Shown piece after piece: positions 29,427 to 39,078 of a stretch of DNA of 64,000 nucleotides. The notes beneath the pieces were generated by a model that saw only the letters and a list, made by a program, of their open reading frames with translations, was not told where the DNA came from and ran no database searches. The stretch is from Candidatus Nanoarchaeia archaeon (lineage in GTDB: Archaea; Nanobdellota; Nanobdellia; SCGC-AAA011-G17; JACPNG01). The position numbers and the translations under genes were made by a program. Position 1 is the stretch's first letter; every line of letters begins with the position of its first letter. The DNA lies in contig JAQTOC010000002.1 of the NCBI GenBank assembly GCA_028713535.1, positions 9,090 to 73,089 of the forward strand, written 5' to 3'.

Positions 29427-30878
29427 ATGAGGTTAAGAGTAAAAGAGGTTAATCTTTCTGCCGGGCATGTTTTGATAGCTATCCTGAGCAAGGAAGATGC
29501 TAAACATCTAGATGTGAATGCAAATGATAGGATTGATATAAACGGGACAAAGGTAATTGTTAATGTTTCTTCTAAAGGAGTCTCAAAAGGGACCATCGGC
29601 TTGTTTGAAGAGAGTCTTAAGACCTTAAAACTAAAACCAAATGAATTTGTTAATGTTAAAACTTCTGCAAAGCCCAGAGGGATTGAGTATATTGAAAAAA
29701 AATTAAGAGGAAAAAAACTTGAGAAAGAAGAAATAGAGCGAATAATCCAGGAAGTTGTGAAGAACGAGCTTAATGAGGCTGAGATTGCTTACTTCATTTC
29801 TGGATGTTACACCCGGGGCATGAGCGATGAAGAGATAATTTATTTGACAAATGCAATGGTTAAGAGTGGAAAAATATTAAATACTAAAAACAAAAAAGTA
29901 TTGGACAAGCATTGTGTGGGCGGAGTCCCAGGGAACAGGACTTCTATGATAATTGCTCCAATTGTTGCTGCAGCAGGATTTGTTATGCCAAAAACTTCTA
30001 CAAGGTCGATAACCAGTCCGTCAGGAACTGCAGACACGATGGAAACCCTTGCAGATGTTTCTTTGACAAAAGAGAAGATTGAAAAGGTAATTAAAAAAAC
30101 AAACGCATGTTTAGTTTGGGGTGGCGCATTGGATTTAGCAAATGCAGACCAGCCCATAATAAGGGTTGAAAGATTTTTGATGCTGGATATTCAGCCAATA
30201 CTATTGTCAAGTATACTCTCAAAGAAAAAATCTGTCAATGCACAATATGTTATTGTTGACATTCCTATTGGAAAAACTGCAAAGATAAAAAGTAAAAGAA
30301 CAGCCAATGTTTTGAAAAGAAGGTTCATCAAGATTGGAAAGCTTCTTGGTATGAAAATAAAAGTTGTTATCACAGATGGCTCCCAGCCAGTTGGTAATGG
30401 AATTGGCCCTGTTCTTGAAGCAATTGATGTTCTCAATGTTTTAAGAGGGGATGGTCCAAAAGATTTGATGGACAAGTCTATATTCTTGGCAACCGAGTTA
30501 TTGGATTTGGCAGGAGTGAAACATGCCAGGTCAAAGGTCCTTAATATTTTAAATTCTGGCAAAGCCTACGAGAAGATGAAGGAAATTATCAAGGCCCAGG
30601 GAAAAAATGTTCACAGGTTAAAGGTTGGAAAATACTTTAAGATCATTCAGGCATCTAAATCTGGGATAATAAGTGAGATAGATAATGAAAGGCTTTCTAA
30701 GCTTGCCAGAATTCTTGGAAGCCCTGAAGATAAAGGCGCAGGAATTTATTTAAGTGTTAAAAAAGGATATAAGGTAAAAAAACAGCAGCCAATCTTTACA
30801 ATGTATGCTGAATCTAAGAAAAAGCTTGAATTTGCTCTAGAGGAACTTGACGAAAGATATCCTATGAAGATTGTTTAA
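29427..30878 (+). CDS. deoA: AMP phosphorylase (archaeal DeoA-type thymidine phosphorylase family)
   Basis: N-terminal extension MRLRVKEVNLSAGHVLIAIL typical of archaeal AMPpase, then a glycosyl-transferase family 3 core; 483 aa. Confidence 0.8.
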   Translation: MRLRVKEVNLSAGHVLIAILSKEDAKHLDVNANDRIDINGTKVIVNVSSKGVSKGTIGLFEESLKTLKLKPNEFVNVKTSAKPRGIEYIEKKLRGKKLEKEEIERIIQEVVKNELNEAEIAYFISGCYTRGMSDEEIIYLTNAMVKSGKILNTKNKKVLDKHCVGGVPGNRTSMIIAPIVAAAGFVMPKTSTRSITSPSGTADTMETLADVSLTKEKIEKVIKKTNACLVWGGALDLANADQPIIRVERFLMLDIQPILLSSILSKKKSVNAQYVIVDIPIGKTAKIKSKRTANVLKRRFIKIGKLLGMKIKVVITDGSQPVGNGIGPVLEAIDVLNVLRGDGPKDLMDKSIFLATELLDLAGVKHARSKVLNILNSGKAYEKMKEIIKAQGKNVHRLKVGKYFKIIQASKSGIISEIDNERLSKLARILGSPEDKGAGIYLSVKKGYKVKKQQPIFTMYAESKKKLEFALEELDERYPMKIV

Positions 30879-30958
30879 ACCCATTCTTTTGGCTCAAAAA
30901 GGCTATTTTGGCAGTATTTGGGTTCTAGAAAAGTTTATAAATAAGTAATCACTTTAAA

Positions 30959-31852
30959 GTGATAACTAAGATGAAACTAATGTTTATATCAGATAATGAA
31001 TTCCCAGAAAAATGGGAGGGAGTGGTAAACACTGCCCAGACAGAAAATCCTTCTAAGATTATTTCATTAGGAGATAACCTGCCTACAGGTCCAAGAGAAT
31101 CTGTGGGTGCTGACAGTCCATTTAAACAAACACTAAAAGACCTAACCAAACAAGGGAAGATTACTAAGGAACAACTTAAGGAAATGTCCTTAGAAAACCA
31201 GTTAGGACTTGTCTATGATACAATGGGGCATGATGTTTTTATGAGTATTTATAGTATGGCTCCTGAATTCATTAAGAACGGTGCTCTTTACATAAGAAAT
31301 TCTTCGCTTCCCAGAATGCTTTCAATCACAGGGAATAGAGAATTTGACTATGAAAAATTATTAGAGTTTATAGCTAAAAAACAAAATGTAAAAAGTGTTA
31401 ATTATATAGACGAACTAAATGGTACTAATAAATTTGATTTACTAACCCTTGCCCGCTCTATGCAAATAGACTCAACAGGATTCCTTCTGATACCATACAG
31501 TCCAAACCTGAAAGAGGTCTCAGAAAGTTTAGAAGATTGTTATGATAAAATAAACGAGATGAATCCAAGCAGGCTCGTAATTTTAACCCATGAAAACCCT
31601 TATCCAGAAGGATTAGGAGTCACAAATAGGCCAGTAAAGACTAAAGAAATCCTAGAAGCTGCTATGAATAAAACAAAAGAAATTGCAACAAAACATGCAA
31701 TATACAAAAGACCTACACTATTTTGTGGGCATTTGGCAATGACTTCCAATCTATATGAAAAAGATGGGGTAGACATCCAACCTCTTTCTGCTGATGAAGC
31801 CATTCTTTATAATTCTGAGAATGGGGGTTATGATAAATTAAGGATATGTTAA
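30959..31852 (+). CDS. metallophosphoesterase-like protein (weak)
   Basis: Spaced motifs ISLGDNL, ITGNREFD, LTHENP and FCGHLAM resemble the calcineurin-like phosphoesterase blocks. Confidence 0.35.
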   Translation: MITKMKLMFISDNEFPEKWEGVVNTAQTENPSKIISLGDNLPTGPRESVGADSPFKQTLKDLTKQGKITKEQLKEMSLENQLGLVYDTMGHDVFMSIYSMAPEFIKNGALYIRNSSLPRMLSITGNREFDYEKLLEFIAKKQNVKSVNYIDELNGTNKFDLLTLARSMQIDSTGFLLIPYSPNLKEVSESLEDCYDKINEMNPSRLVILTHENPYPEGLGVTNRPVKTKEILEAAMNKTKEIATKHAIYKRPTLFCGHLAMTSNLYEKDGVDIQPLSADEAILYNSENGGYDKLRIC

Positions 31853-32925
31853 TTCTTTATTTTTCTAACTATTCCTTTGTTTGCATCAACTTCAACCAAG
31901 TCACCATCTTTAAAGACTTTAGTAGCTATTTTTGTTCCAACAACGCATGGTTTTTTTAGTTCTCTTGAGATGACTGCAGCATGACTTAAAATCCCCCCTT
32001 CGTTTGTGACTATAGCAGAACATTTTTTAATTAAATCAATATCTCCGGGGTTAGTCATATTAATAACTAAGATAGAGCCTTCCTTAACTTTATCATACTC
32101 GTGTTTGTCTAAGTTACAAACTTCTCCCTTAACTTTACCCTTGTAAACAGGATACCCTTTAAGCTCATTCGTGTTTTTATCCACTTCAAAAAACTCTTTG
32201 TAAATTTGGTTGATAAGATTTTTTTTAGTGGTTATAATCTCTTTATCACCTACTCTTATATAAAAATAACCGTCTCTTCTTTGTGAAAGTTCTTTTATTT
32301 TCTCATTAGAAATAATAAATTTTTTTGAATAACTTCTCATTTCATCAAGGGTCAGATATCTTATCAGATCCCCGTCAATACCATTCTCTTTTCCAGCGAG
32401 ATCTGTAGCCTGTTTAAATAATTTTTCTAGGATGCGATAAAGTTTTGCAATATTATCTCTTTTTTTAGAAATATTTTCTACAAGCTCAGAGCTTAATTTT
32501 TCTTTATCCTCTTTACCATTTAAACAACGATGGAAACAATTATAAAGGCCCAGTCCTAAAAGAACCATAGGATAAACCTCAACAATGGTTCTTAAGGTTT
32601 TTTGCCAGTCTTTAACATTTATTTTTTCAATTTGAGATTTACAATATGTAAAGATTTCCTCTGCAGGGTCCATTATTTTATTTATGGTTCCTTTCTCAAT
32701 TAATTTTTCAGTTTCATCAGCAATATACTTTTCATTGATCATCATCTGCATGTCTTCATTCCCTCCAATAGCTGCAAAGGCATCATAACAAAAACCTACT
32801 TTTTGTCTAAGAGGTTTAAAATATGAAAAACTAGCGCAGTTTATAGTGAACAAAGGAATGTCTCTCTTACTCGAGGGTTTTAAACCATATTTTTCAATTG
32901 TTTCTCTAATCTGCTTAATATTCAT
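31849..32925 (-). CDS. standalone PEP-utilizing-enzyme mobile (phosphohistidine swivel) domain protein
   Basis: C-terminal NEGGILSHAAVISRELKKPCVVG matches the swivel His domain of PEP synthase/PPDK; no ATP-grasp region. Confidence 0.55.
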   Translation of the reverse strand: MNIKQIRETIEKYGLKPSSKRDIPLFTINCASFSYFKPLRQKVGFCYDAFAAIGGNEDMQMMINEKYIADETEKLIEKGTINKIMDPAEEIFTYCKSQIEKINVKDWQKTLRTIVEVYPMVLLGLGLYNCFHRCLNGKEDKEKLSSELVENISKKRDNIAKLYRILEKLFKQATDLAGKENGIDGDLIRYLTLDEMRSYSKKFIISNEKIKELSQRRDGYFYIRVGDKEIITTKKNLINQIYKEFFEVDKNTNELKGYPVYKGKVKGEVCNLDKHEYDKVKEGSILVINMTNPGDIDLIKKCSAIVTNEGGILSHAAVISRELKKPCVVGTKIATKVFKDGDLVEVDANKGIVRKIKN

Positions 32926-33009
32926 GTATTTATAGGAACCCTAGATAAATATAAAAACTTAACTAAATAACAATAAAGTTTATATATTTTCTTTACCTAT
33001 AGAATAACT

Positions 33010-33714
33010 ATGAAAGCTGTAATCCTCGCAGCTGGGTATTCTGGAAGGAGTTTTCCTTTGATGAGAGACAGGCCTAAAGCACTTCTTCTGGTTAATGACA
33101 GGCCGGTAGTAGAGCATATTGTTGATAAACTTAAAGAGATAAAGAACATCAATAAAATCTATCTCGTAACAAATGAGAAATATAAAAATTTGTTCAAGGC
33201 CTGGTTGCACCATGATAATGTAGAAGTCATAAGCGACCAGACAAAAGACAAGAAAGAACAGCTCGGAGCAGTAGGCTCATTGAACTTTGCCCTGCAAAAT
33301 AAAAGCATAAATGATGACCTCCTTGTTATTGCTGGAGACAATCTCTTTACATTTAACTTAAATCCATTGACAGAAAATAAAAATAAAATAAAGATTGGGG
33401 TTTATGATCTTAAAGATTTAAAAAAAGCAGCAGACTTTGGCGTAGTAAAAGTTGAGAATAACAAACTAATAGACCTCAAAGAAAAACCAGAGAAGCCAGA
33501 TTCTTCTTTGGTAAGCACTGCTTGTTATTATTTCCCAAAAAAATCCTTAAAGCACATATCTTCTTTTCTGAATGAAAAAGAAGAGTCTGAACTGGGGCAC
33601 CTTATCAGTTATATAAAAGAAAAAGAAGAAGTCTATACTCATAATTTTGAAGGAAAATGGTTTGACATAGGAACAGACTCTAAACTAAGAAAAGTAAGAA
33701 GAGAATATGTTTAA
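33010..33714 (+). CDS. sugar-phosphate nucleotidyltransferase (G1P thymidylyl-/mannose-1-P guanylyl-transferase family)
   Basis: N-terminal AVILAAGYSGRSFPL...PKAL motif. Confidence 0.7.
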   Translation: MKAVILAAGYSGRSFPLMRDRPKALLLVNDRPVVEHIVDKLKEIKNINKIYLVTNEKYKNLFKAWLHHDNVEVISDQTKDKKEQLGAVGSLNFALQNKSINDDLLVIAGDNLFTFNLNPLTENKNKIKIGVYDLKDLKKAADFGVVKVENNKLIDLKEKPEKPDSSLVSTACYYFPKKSLKHISSFLNEKEESELGHLISYIKEKEEVYTHNFEGKWFDIGTDSKLRKVRREYV

Positions 33715-33867
33715 TTACTTTTTTCTTTTTGATGTTCCAATAAGTTTTGTGATTTTAACGTCTAAAGCAAGTATTCTCCTTTCAAGTATGAATATCCTTC
33801 TTAGACTATAAATCATCCCAACTACAGCTCCGAGCATTACATAAAGAATTATTGTTATTTGGTCCAT
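33715..33867 (-). CDS. small single-TM membrane protein (50 aa) downstream of secD, not in the ORF track
   Basis: Hand translation gives MDQITIILYVMLGAVVGMIYSLRRIFILERRILALDVKITKLIGTSKRKK*. Strong SD agaggtgatatcATG; same strand as secF-secD. Confidence 0.4.
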   Translation of the reverse strand: MDQITIILYVMLGAVVGMIYSLRRIFILERRILALDVKITKLIGTSKRKK

Positions 33868-33911
33868 GATATCACCTCTAGAGAATATACGATTTAATTA
33901 GTTTAAATATT

Positions 33912-35642
33912 TTACTTTTTTAGAATCTTTTCTGCTATTACAGCAAAAGCAGGTCTTGTGATGAAAACACCTATTGAAACTCCGATGATTGTTGTTACTG
34001 CAAATCCTTTGACTAGCCCAGCACCAGCCCAGATTAATGGCAGCATGGCAGCAACAGTTGTGGCATATGCAGCAGTGATTATGAAAAATGCTCTTTTTAT
34101 TTTTTCTTTCCAGCTATAATAGAATTCTTCTTTGCCGCCATGGAGTATTTCATCTATCATTACTATCTGGTCATCTACTCCAGTGCCTACTGCAGCAATT
34201 ATTCCTGCAATTGAAACAATGTCAAGGTTCCATTTAATTATCGCAGCAACCCCAAGAGTAAGTATAACCTCGCTGAATAAAATGATCATGACAGGAATTA
34301 AAATTTTAAATGATTTATATCTCAAATATATAACAAGTCCAACACCCAAGAAAGCCAGTATTCCGACAATAAATGCATTCTTGACAAAGTCCTTTCCAAG
34401 CAAAGGAGATATTGAATCTAATTTTTCAACCTTGATTTCAAATGGCAATGAACCAGTTATCAAAATTGTTTGCAGGTTATTCATGTTGTATGTTGCTGCT
34501 TTGAATGCATCTGCTTCAGTTGCTCCGTACCCTGGTCCTGAGATTGCAATGTCCTGTGTTTCAACGCCCTTAAGGTTCTTTGATACTTTTAATGAATCAA
34601 CTAACCTCCCATCTAAATAAAAGTCAATGTTTTTGTCAAGATATTCTTGGCCATTTTCCATAATCACGCCAAGATCCTTTGTTACACTGGCGTGTTTCTT
34701 TGCCACCTCTGGGCTTAACCTCATTGTGAATTCAAACGTACAGGCGTATCCATCCTGATTTTCATCACAGGATCTTATCCCTGCGCATGAGCCATCATCT
34801 CTGCATATAAATGGAATGTCTTCTTTTCCGCCTTCAAATACAACTTCATCCCCGATCTTGGCTTCGAACTTACCCTGTTGTTTGATTAAGTTAGCTATTT
34901 CATCTGATGTTACATCCGCAATCTCAATTAGAACATATTTTTGTCCACTTAGATCAGAAGCAGACCTTATTGTCATATCTTTTAATCCATAAACATTTAA
35001 TCTGTTTGTTAACACTAAAATTAAATCATCAATATCCTTCTGTTGTATGTTGTCTCCAACAGGCCTTAGCAATGCTCTTGTTCCACCTTGTAAGTCCAAT
35101 CCTTTGATTAAGTTAGATTTTTTTGCAGTTCTTACAGTAATCTCAGGAATGCCTCTTGCTAATAAAGCAATTTCCTTCTTGTTTGTTTTGATTGTAATTT
35201 TTTCTTTTGGCAATAATTCTTTTTCAATATTACTTATGTCTTCCTGGGTATTAACTTCTTTATCATTAATCTTCAGTATTATCGCGTTTTTATCAATGAA
35301 CTTGCTTGAGATAACAGTCATATTTTCCAAAGTAAAACCAATGTCGCTTACAGTTTCATAAGTATATGTTTTAATATTAGTTTCTACGCTGAGTTTTACA
35401 GAAGGGCTATCCAGATACTTGACTGCTTCCTGATAATCTGCAAGAGTTGATATTCCCTGGCCGTTGATCTCTAGTATTTTATCTCCTTCTGCTAACCCTT
35501 GTTCTGAATAAATTGTTCCTGGGATTACAGACTTAACCTCAATTCCGTTTGCCCATGGATTTGGAGCAATTGCTAGTGCAGCTATCAATAAGCAGAATAT
35601 CAAAATCCAGATTCTAATCCCCAAATTCTTTAATTTACTCAT
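33912..35642 (-). CDS. secD: protein-export membrane protein SecD
   Basis: N-terminal signal anchor, large periplasmic domain and a six-TM C-terminal SecD/SecF fold; 576 aa. Confidence 0.85.
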   Translation of the reverse strand: MSKLKNLGIRIWILIFCLLIAALAIAPNPWANGIEVKSVIPGTIYSEQGLAEGDKILEINGQGISTLADYQEAVKYLDSPSVKLSVETNIKTYTYETVSDIGFTLENMTVISSKFIDKNAIILKINDKEVNTQEDISNIEKELLPKEKITIKTNKKEIALLARGIPEITVRTAKKSNLIKGLDLQGGTRALLRPVGDNIQQKDIDDLILVLTNRLNVYGLKDMTIRSASDLSGQKYVLIEIADVTSDEIANLIKQQGKFEAKIGDEVVFEGGKEDIPFICRDDGSCAGIRSCDENQDGYACTFEFTMRLSPEVAKKHASVTKDLGVIMENGQEYLDKNIDFYLDGRLVDSLKVSKNLKGVETQDIAISGPGYGATEADAFKAATYNMNNLQTILITGSLPFEIKVEKLDSISPLLGKDFVKNAFIVGILAFLGVGLVIYLRYKSFKILIPVMIILFSEVILTLGVAAIIKWNLDIVSIAGIIAAVGTGVDDQIVMIDEILHGGKEEFYYSWKEKIKRAFFIITAAYATTVAAMLPLIWAGAGLVKGFAVTTIIGVSIGVFITRPAFAVIAEKILKK

Positions 35643-36510
35643 CTTTGAATTTTTTCCTTGTATACCAGTTTATTAAGTATGAATTTACGCTGTATGTTCC
35701 TATGACGTCTATTATTAAACCAATCATTATGATTAAGAACATTTCTCTAATAACAAAAGACCCTGAAAGCAAGTATCCAAACAACAAGGCAACCAATGTA
35801 GTAGCAGTCATTGTCAATCCTGTTTTGATTGAAGCCAAAGTCCTTTCGTTTATTGTTCCCTCTCTCCTCTTGAATACCTTTGCTGTCAATAAGATGTCTG
35901 TATCAAGGCCATAACAAATAATCAATAGTAAAGCAGAAATTCCTGCTGTTGAAACTCTTATCCCTAGCAAGTTTATTACTGCTAGATTGACTAGCATGTC
36001 AAATACACCTGAAAAAATAACAATTACGCTTGCAACTGGATTTTTGAATGTAATAAACACAACAATGCCCATGAAGAGGAACGCAAATAAAATAGCCTTT
36101 AGCATCTGCTGGTAGAAGCTTGAACCAAGGCTAGACCCAGTTTCCTCAAAAGATGAATTTTCGCTTGTAAGATCTATATTTAGTATTTCAGCTATTGCCT
36201 TTTTTAATTCTAAAGAATCAACCTTTCCTTCAATGGAAAAACCCTTTTGCTTGTCGCTTCCAAAATCAGTTAGTTTTCTGAATACAAACTCAGAATTAAA
36301 CTTTTTTTCTAATTCAGGAACTAGATTAGTAGTATCCACCTCTGTGTAGACTGTGGCTGTTGCTCCACCAGTCAAAGTAACGTCCTTTTTTATTATGTCT
36401 CCTGTTTGAATGTAAGAGTTTGTTAATACTATTACGCTTAGAATAATTAGTATTAACGGTATGATAATTAATTTCTTCTGGTTCTTAAAGTAAAAATCAA
36501 CTATCTTCAT
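35635..36510 (-). CDS. secF: protein-export membrane protein SecF
   Basis: 291 aa with the SecF TM topology; 8-nt overlap with secD. Confidence 0.85.
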   Translation of the reverse strand: MKIVDFYFKNQKKLIIIPLILIILSVIVLTNSYIQTGDIIKKDVTLTGGATATVYTEVDTTNLVPELEKKFNSEFVFRKLTDFGSDKQKGFSIEGKVDSLELKKAIAEILNIDLTSENSSFEETGSSLGSSFYQQMLKAILFAFLFMGIVVFITFKNPVASVIVIFSGVFDMLVNLAVINLLGIRVSTAGISALLLIICYGLDTDILLTAKVFKRREGTINERTLASIKTGLTMTATTLVALLFGYLLSGSFVIREMFLIIMIGLIIDVIGTYSVNSYLINWYTRKKFKDE

Positions 36511-36584
36511 CTTTTTTCTGAGTTCTGGGGTGTTTAAAAAGGTTTTGGATAATTTTAAATATTATAAACAATTAGTCATTCTTA

Positions 36585-37226
36585 ATGAAAGTAACTAAAG
36601 CTGATACCATTGTGATATTAGCACTAGTTGTTTTTGTATCTTTCTTTATAATATTCAGCCCAAGGTACATAGGTATGCAGGCTGCAGAATCTGCTGAGTA
36701 TGAATGCGGAGACAGTATATGTACATCTCCTTTTGAAGACGAAATAACCTGCCCAGAAGACTGCGCCAATGAATTTAAATTTCCTTATCTAATCCTTGTG
36801 ATTGTTTTAATCTTGCTTGTTCTCGGTTTGATATACTTTAATCTTTACAAGGGAAAAAAGGATTTGAGGGACATGACCAGAGGAAAAATGCCCTACACAA
36901 ACATAAAAGACTATGATAACTTAAAGGGTTTTGTTAATAAGGAGATTAACCTTGGAACCAAGCTTAAGGACATTACTTTAAAATTAGCTGAAAAAGGCTG
37001 GACAAAGAAACAGATAGAGTTTGTTTATGATGATATTATATGGGAAAAGAGAAAGGTCTTGATTGATCTGACCCCTAAACAATCAAGGAATACAAAAGAG
37101 TTAATTGAATATTTAACTAACTGTAAAAAACTGAATGTTGATGAGGCAACAGTTAAGTTAAAACTTCTTGAAAAAGGCTGGGAAAAGGGTACAATTAAAG
37201 ACGCTCTTAAACAAGTTAAGTATTAA
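36585..37226 (+). CDS. membrane protein with an extracytoplasmic Cys-rich segment and an internally repeated cytoplasmic motif
   Basis: TM1, then ECGDSICTSPFEDEITCPEDCANE, then TM2; the motif LKLAEKGWTKKQIEFV recurs as LKLLEKGWEKGTIKDAL. Confidence 0.35.
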   Translation: MKVTKADTIVILALVVFVSFFIIFSPRYIGMQAAESAEYECGDSICTSPFEDEITCPEDCANEFKFPYLILVIVLILLVLGLIYFNLYKGKKDLRDMTRGKMPYTNIKDYDNLKGFVNKEINLGTKLKDITLKLAEKGWTKKQIEFVYDDIIWEKRKVLIDLTPKQSRNTKELIEYLTNCKKLNVDEATVKLKLLEKGWEKGTIKDALKQVKY

Positions 37227-37234
37227 TAGAAACA

Positions 37235-37242
37235 TTTATAAT
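37235..37242 (+). promoter_or_regulatory. candidate TATA box about 28 bp upstream of tRNA-Gly(UCC)
   Basis: tttataat at about -29; a similar tttatata sits about 28 bp upstream of the second tRNA-Gly (37356..37363). Confidence 0.25.
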
Positions 37243-37266
37243 TAAAATAATTTGAACTTCTTCTGT

Positions 37267-37338
37267 GCACCGGTAGTCTAATGGCTAGGATATCAGCCTT
37301 CCAAGCTGATGATCCGGGTTCGACCCCCGGCCGGTGCA
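37267..37338 (+). tRNA. tRNA-Gly (UCC)
   Basis: Acceptor GCACCGG/CCGGUGC plus A; anticodon stem UCAGC/GCUGA, loop CUUCCAA; T-arm CCGGG-UUCGACC-CCCGG. Confidence 0.8.
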
Positions 37339-37387
37339 TATCTTTTTAACTAAAACTTTATATAAAACTAAACAACTAAAATTTTAT

Positions 37388-37460
37388 GCGCCAGTAGTAT
37401 ACCGGCTTAGTATGAGAGCTTCCCAAGCTTTAGAACCGGGTTCAATTCCCGGCTGGCGCA
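37388..37460 (+). tRNA. tRNA-Gly (CCC)
   Basis: Acceptor GCGCCAG/CUGGCGC plus A; anticodon stem AGAGC/GCUUU, loop UUCCCAA; T-arm CCGGG-UUCAAUU-CCCGG. Confidence 0.8.
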
Positions 37461-37568
37461 ATTTATTTTTATAATCTTCTAAAATTAACTCACTTTTCCA
37501 GTAAAAATCATCACCAAAATCTATATAAACTGTTAAAAAGATTTTTAAACCAATCAGGAGGGATTGCC

Positions 37569-38546
37569 ATGAATAGAAGAACAATAATAATCTTAGAAAG
37601 AGGCCTTCTCGTTGTTTTGGCTGTTCTTTTAGTAATTTCTATTGTTACGTCTGGATTCAAAGCCTCATCTGGAGAAATTTCCAAAGATGAAGCTGTTACA
37701 AAAGCAATGGATTATATAAACACAAATGTTTTAGGGGGGCAGGTTGAAGCAACATTAGATGATTCATCCTCTGAAGCAGGTTTATATAAATTTAAGATGA
37801 CTATCTCAGGAAAAAGCTACGAGTCTTATGTCACAAAAGACGGTAAGTTATTTTTCCCAGCAGCATATGACTTAACTGCAGAAACAGAACCAACAACAGA
37901 GGAACAACCTACAGAAGTTTCAAAAACAGACAAGCCAGTAGTTGAATTGTTTGTAATGAGCCACTGTCCTTATGGAACTCAGATAGAAAAAGGTATGATT
38001 CCTGTAATAGGAGCATTAAAAGATAAGGCAGATATTAAAATCAAGTTTGTAAACTATGCAATGCACGGTGAAAAAGAAGTTTATGAAGAGTTAAGGCAGT
38101 ACTGCATACAGCAGGAATTTAATGATAAATACATAGATTACTTGACATGTTTCTTGGACAAGGGAGACACAACCGACACATGTTTGGATAAACTAAATAT
38201 TGACAAAACCAAATTGAAAGCATGCGAGGATGCAGCAGACAAGGAATTTGATATCACAAAGAACTTTGAGGATAAATCAAGCTGGTTAAGCGGAACTTAT
38301 CCACAGTTTAATATCTATAAAGCAGAAAATGAAAAATACGGGGTCAGAGGATCTCCAACACTGGTCGTTAACGGTGCTGTAGTAAGCTCGGCTAGAAATT
38401 CTGCAGCTTTGTTAGATGTTGTCTGTAACGCATTCAATACAAAACCAGAGGAATGTAACACAGAATTAAGCTCAGAAAATCCGTCGCCTGGATTTGGTTT
38501 TAGTGTAACTGGAAACGCAGCAGCTGATGCTGGCTGTGCCAGTTAA
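37569..38546 (+). CDS. membrane-anchored DsbA-like thioredoxin-fold protein with a monothiol CPYG active site
   Basis: N-terminal TM anchor and a Thr/Glu/Pro linker; SHCPYG where a CxxC would sit, plus a C-terminal YGVRGSPTLVVNGAVV (GxxGTPTxxVNG-like) DsbA motif. Confidence 0.5.
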   Translation: MNRRTIIILERGLLVVLAVLLVISIVTSGFKASSGEISKDEAVTKAMDYINTNVLGGQVEATLDDSSSEAGLYKFKMTISGKSYESYVTKDGKLFFPAAYDLTAETEPTTEEQPTEVSKTDKPVVELFVMSHCPYGTQIEKGMIPVIGALKDKADIKIKFVNYAMHGEKEVYEELRQYCIQQEFNDKYIDYLTCFLDKGDTTDTCLDKLNIDKTKLKACEDAADKEFDITKNFEDKSSWLSGTYPQFNIYKAENEKYGVRGSPTLVVNGAVVSSARNSAALLDVVCNAFNTKPEECNTELSSENPSPGFGFSVTGNAAADAGCAS

Positions 38547-38597
38547 TTTTTTCTTTTTTTAATAAAGTTTATAAATAGTTAAAAAGGTCAATAAAAT

Positions 38598-39044
38598 ATG
38601 ATATGTGTAATCGCAATGGTTGTTTTTGGCATCCTCGGTATTTTTTCAGTTAAATACAGGACAATTGCCAAAGAATCATTTGATTGTGTTTTTAGGAGGA
38701 TTACACTAAGGCCGTGTACAACCGGGTTGGATGAAAGATTAAAAGGGCAGATAACAGGAAAATTGATGAAGAGAAGTCCTAAAATTGCTGCATTTACATA
38801 TAAATATTTTGAAGTATTTTCATGGTTGTTTTTGATATTATTGATTGGAAGTTTGGTTTATTCTGGGATTAGTGCTTATAATTTAATTGCTTATGGCAAC
38901 TGTGGTGGTCCGGATCCAGAGGATTTCTGCGTATTCGATCCAAGTACTTATTCTACAGATGAAGCCTGTGAATGTACAACTGATAAGGATTGTACCTGTC
39001 CAGAAAGTGTTTGTAAGTGCCTTGATGGTAAATGTGTTCCTTAG
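38598..39044 (+). CDS. small membrane protein with a 10-Cys C-terminal tail
   Basis: Two TM helices, then NCGGPDPEDFCVFD...CECTTDKDCTCPESVCKCLDGKCVP; it shares a TCPE(D/S)xC motif with the 36585 protein. Confidence 0.35.
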   Translation: MICVIAMVVFGILGIFSVKYRTIAKESFDCVFRRITLRPCTTGLDERLKGQITGKLMKRSPKIAAFTYKYFEVFSWLFLILLIGSLVYSGISAYNLIAYGNCGGPDPEDFCVFDPSTYSTDEACECTTDKDCTCPESVCKCLDGKCVP

Positions 39045-39078
39045 AAACCTTTATTAATTTTGCACTTTTTTTAATTCT

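Noticed and set aside
37384-37584. Minus-strand 66-aa ORF
   Set aside because: It overlaps tRNA-Gly(CCC) on the opposite strand; its C-terminal residues are tRNA sequence read in reverse.
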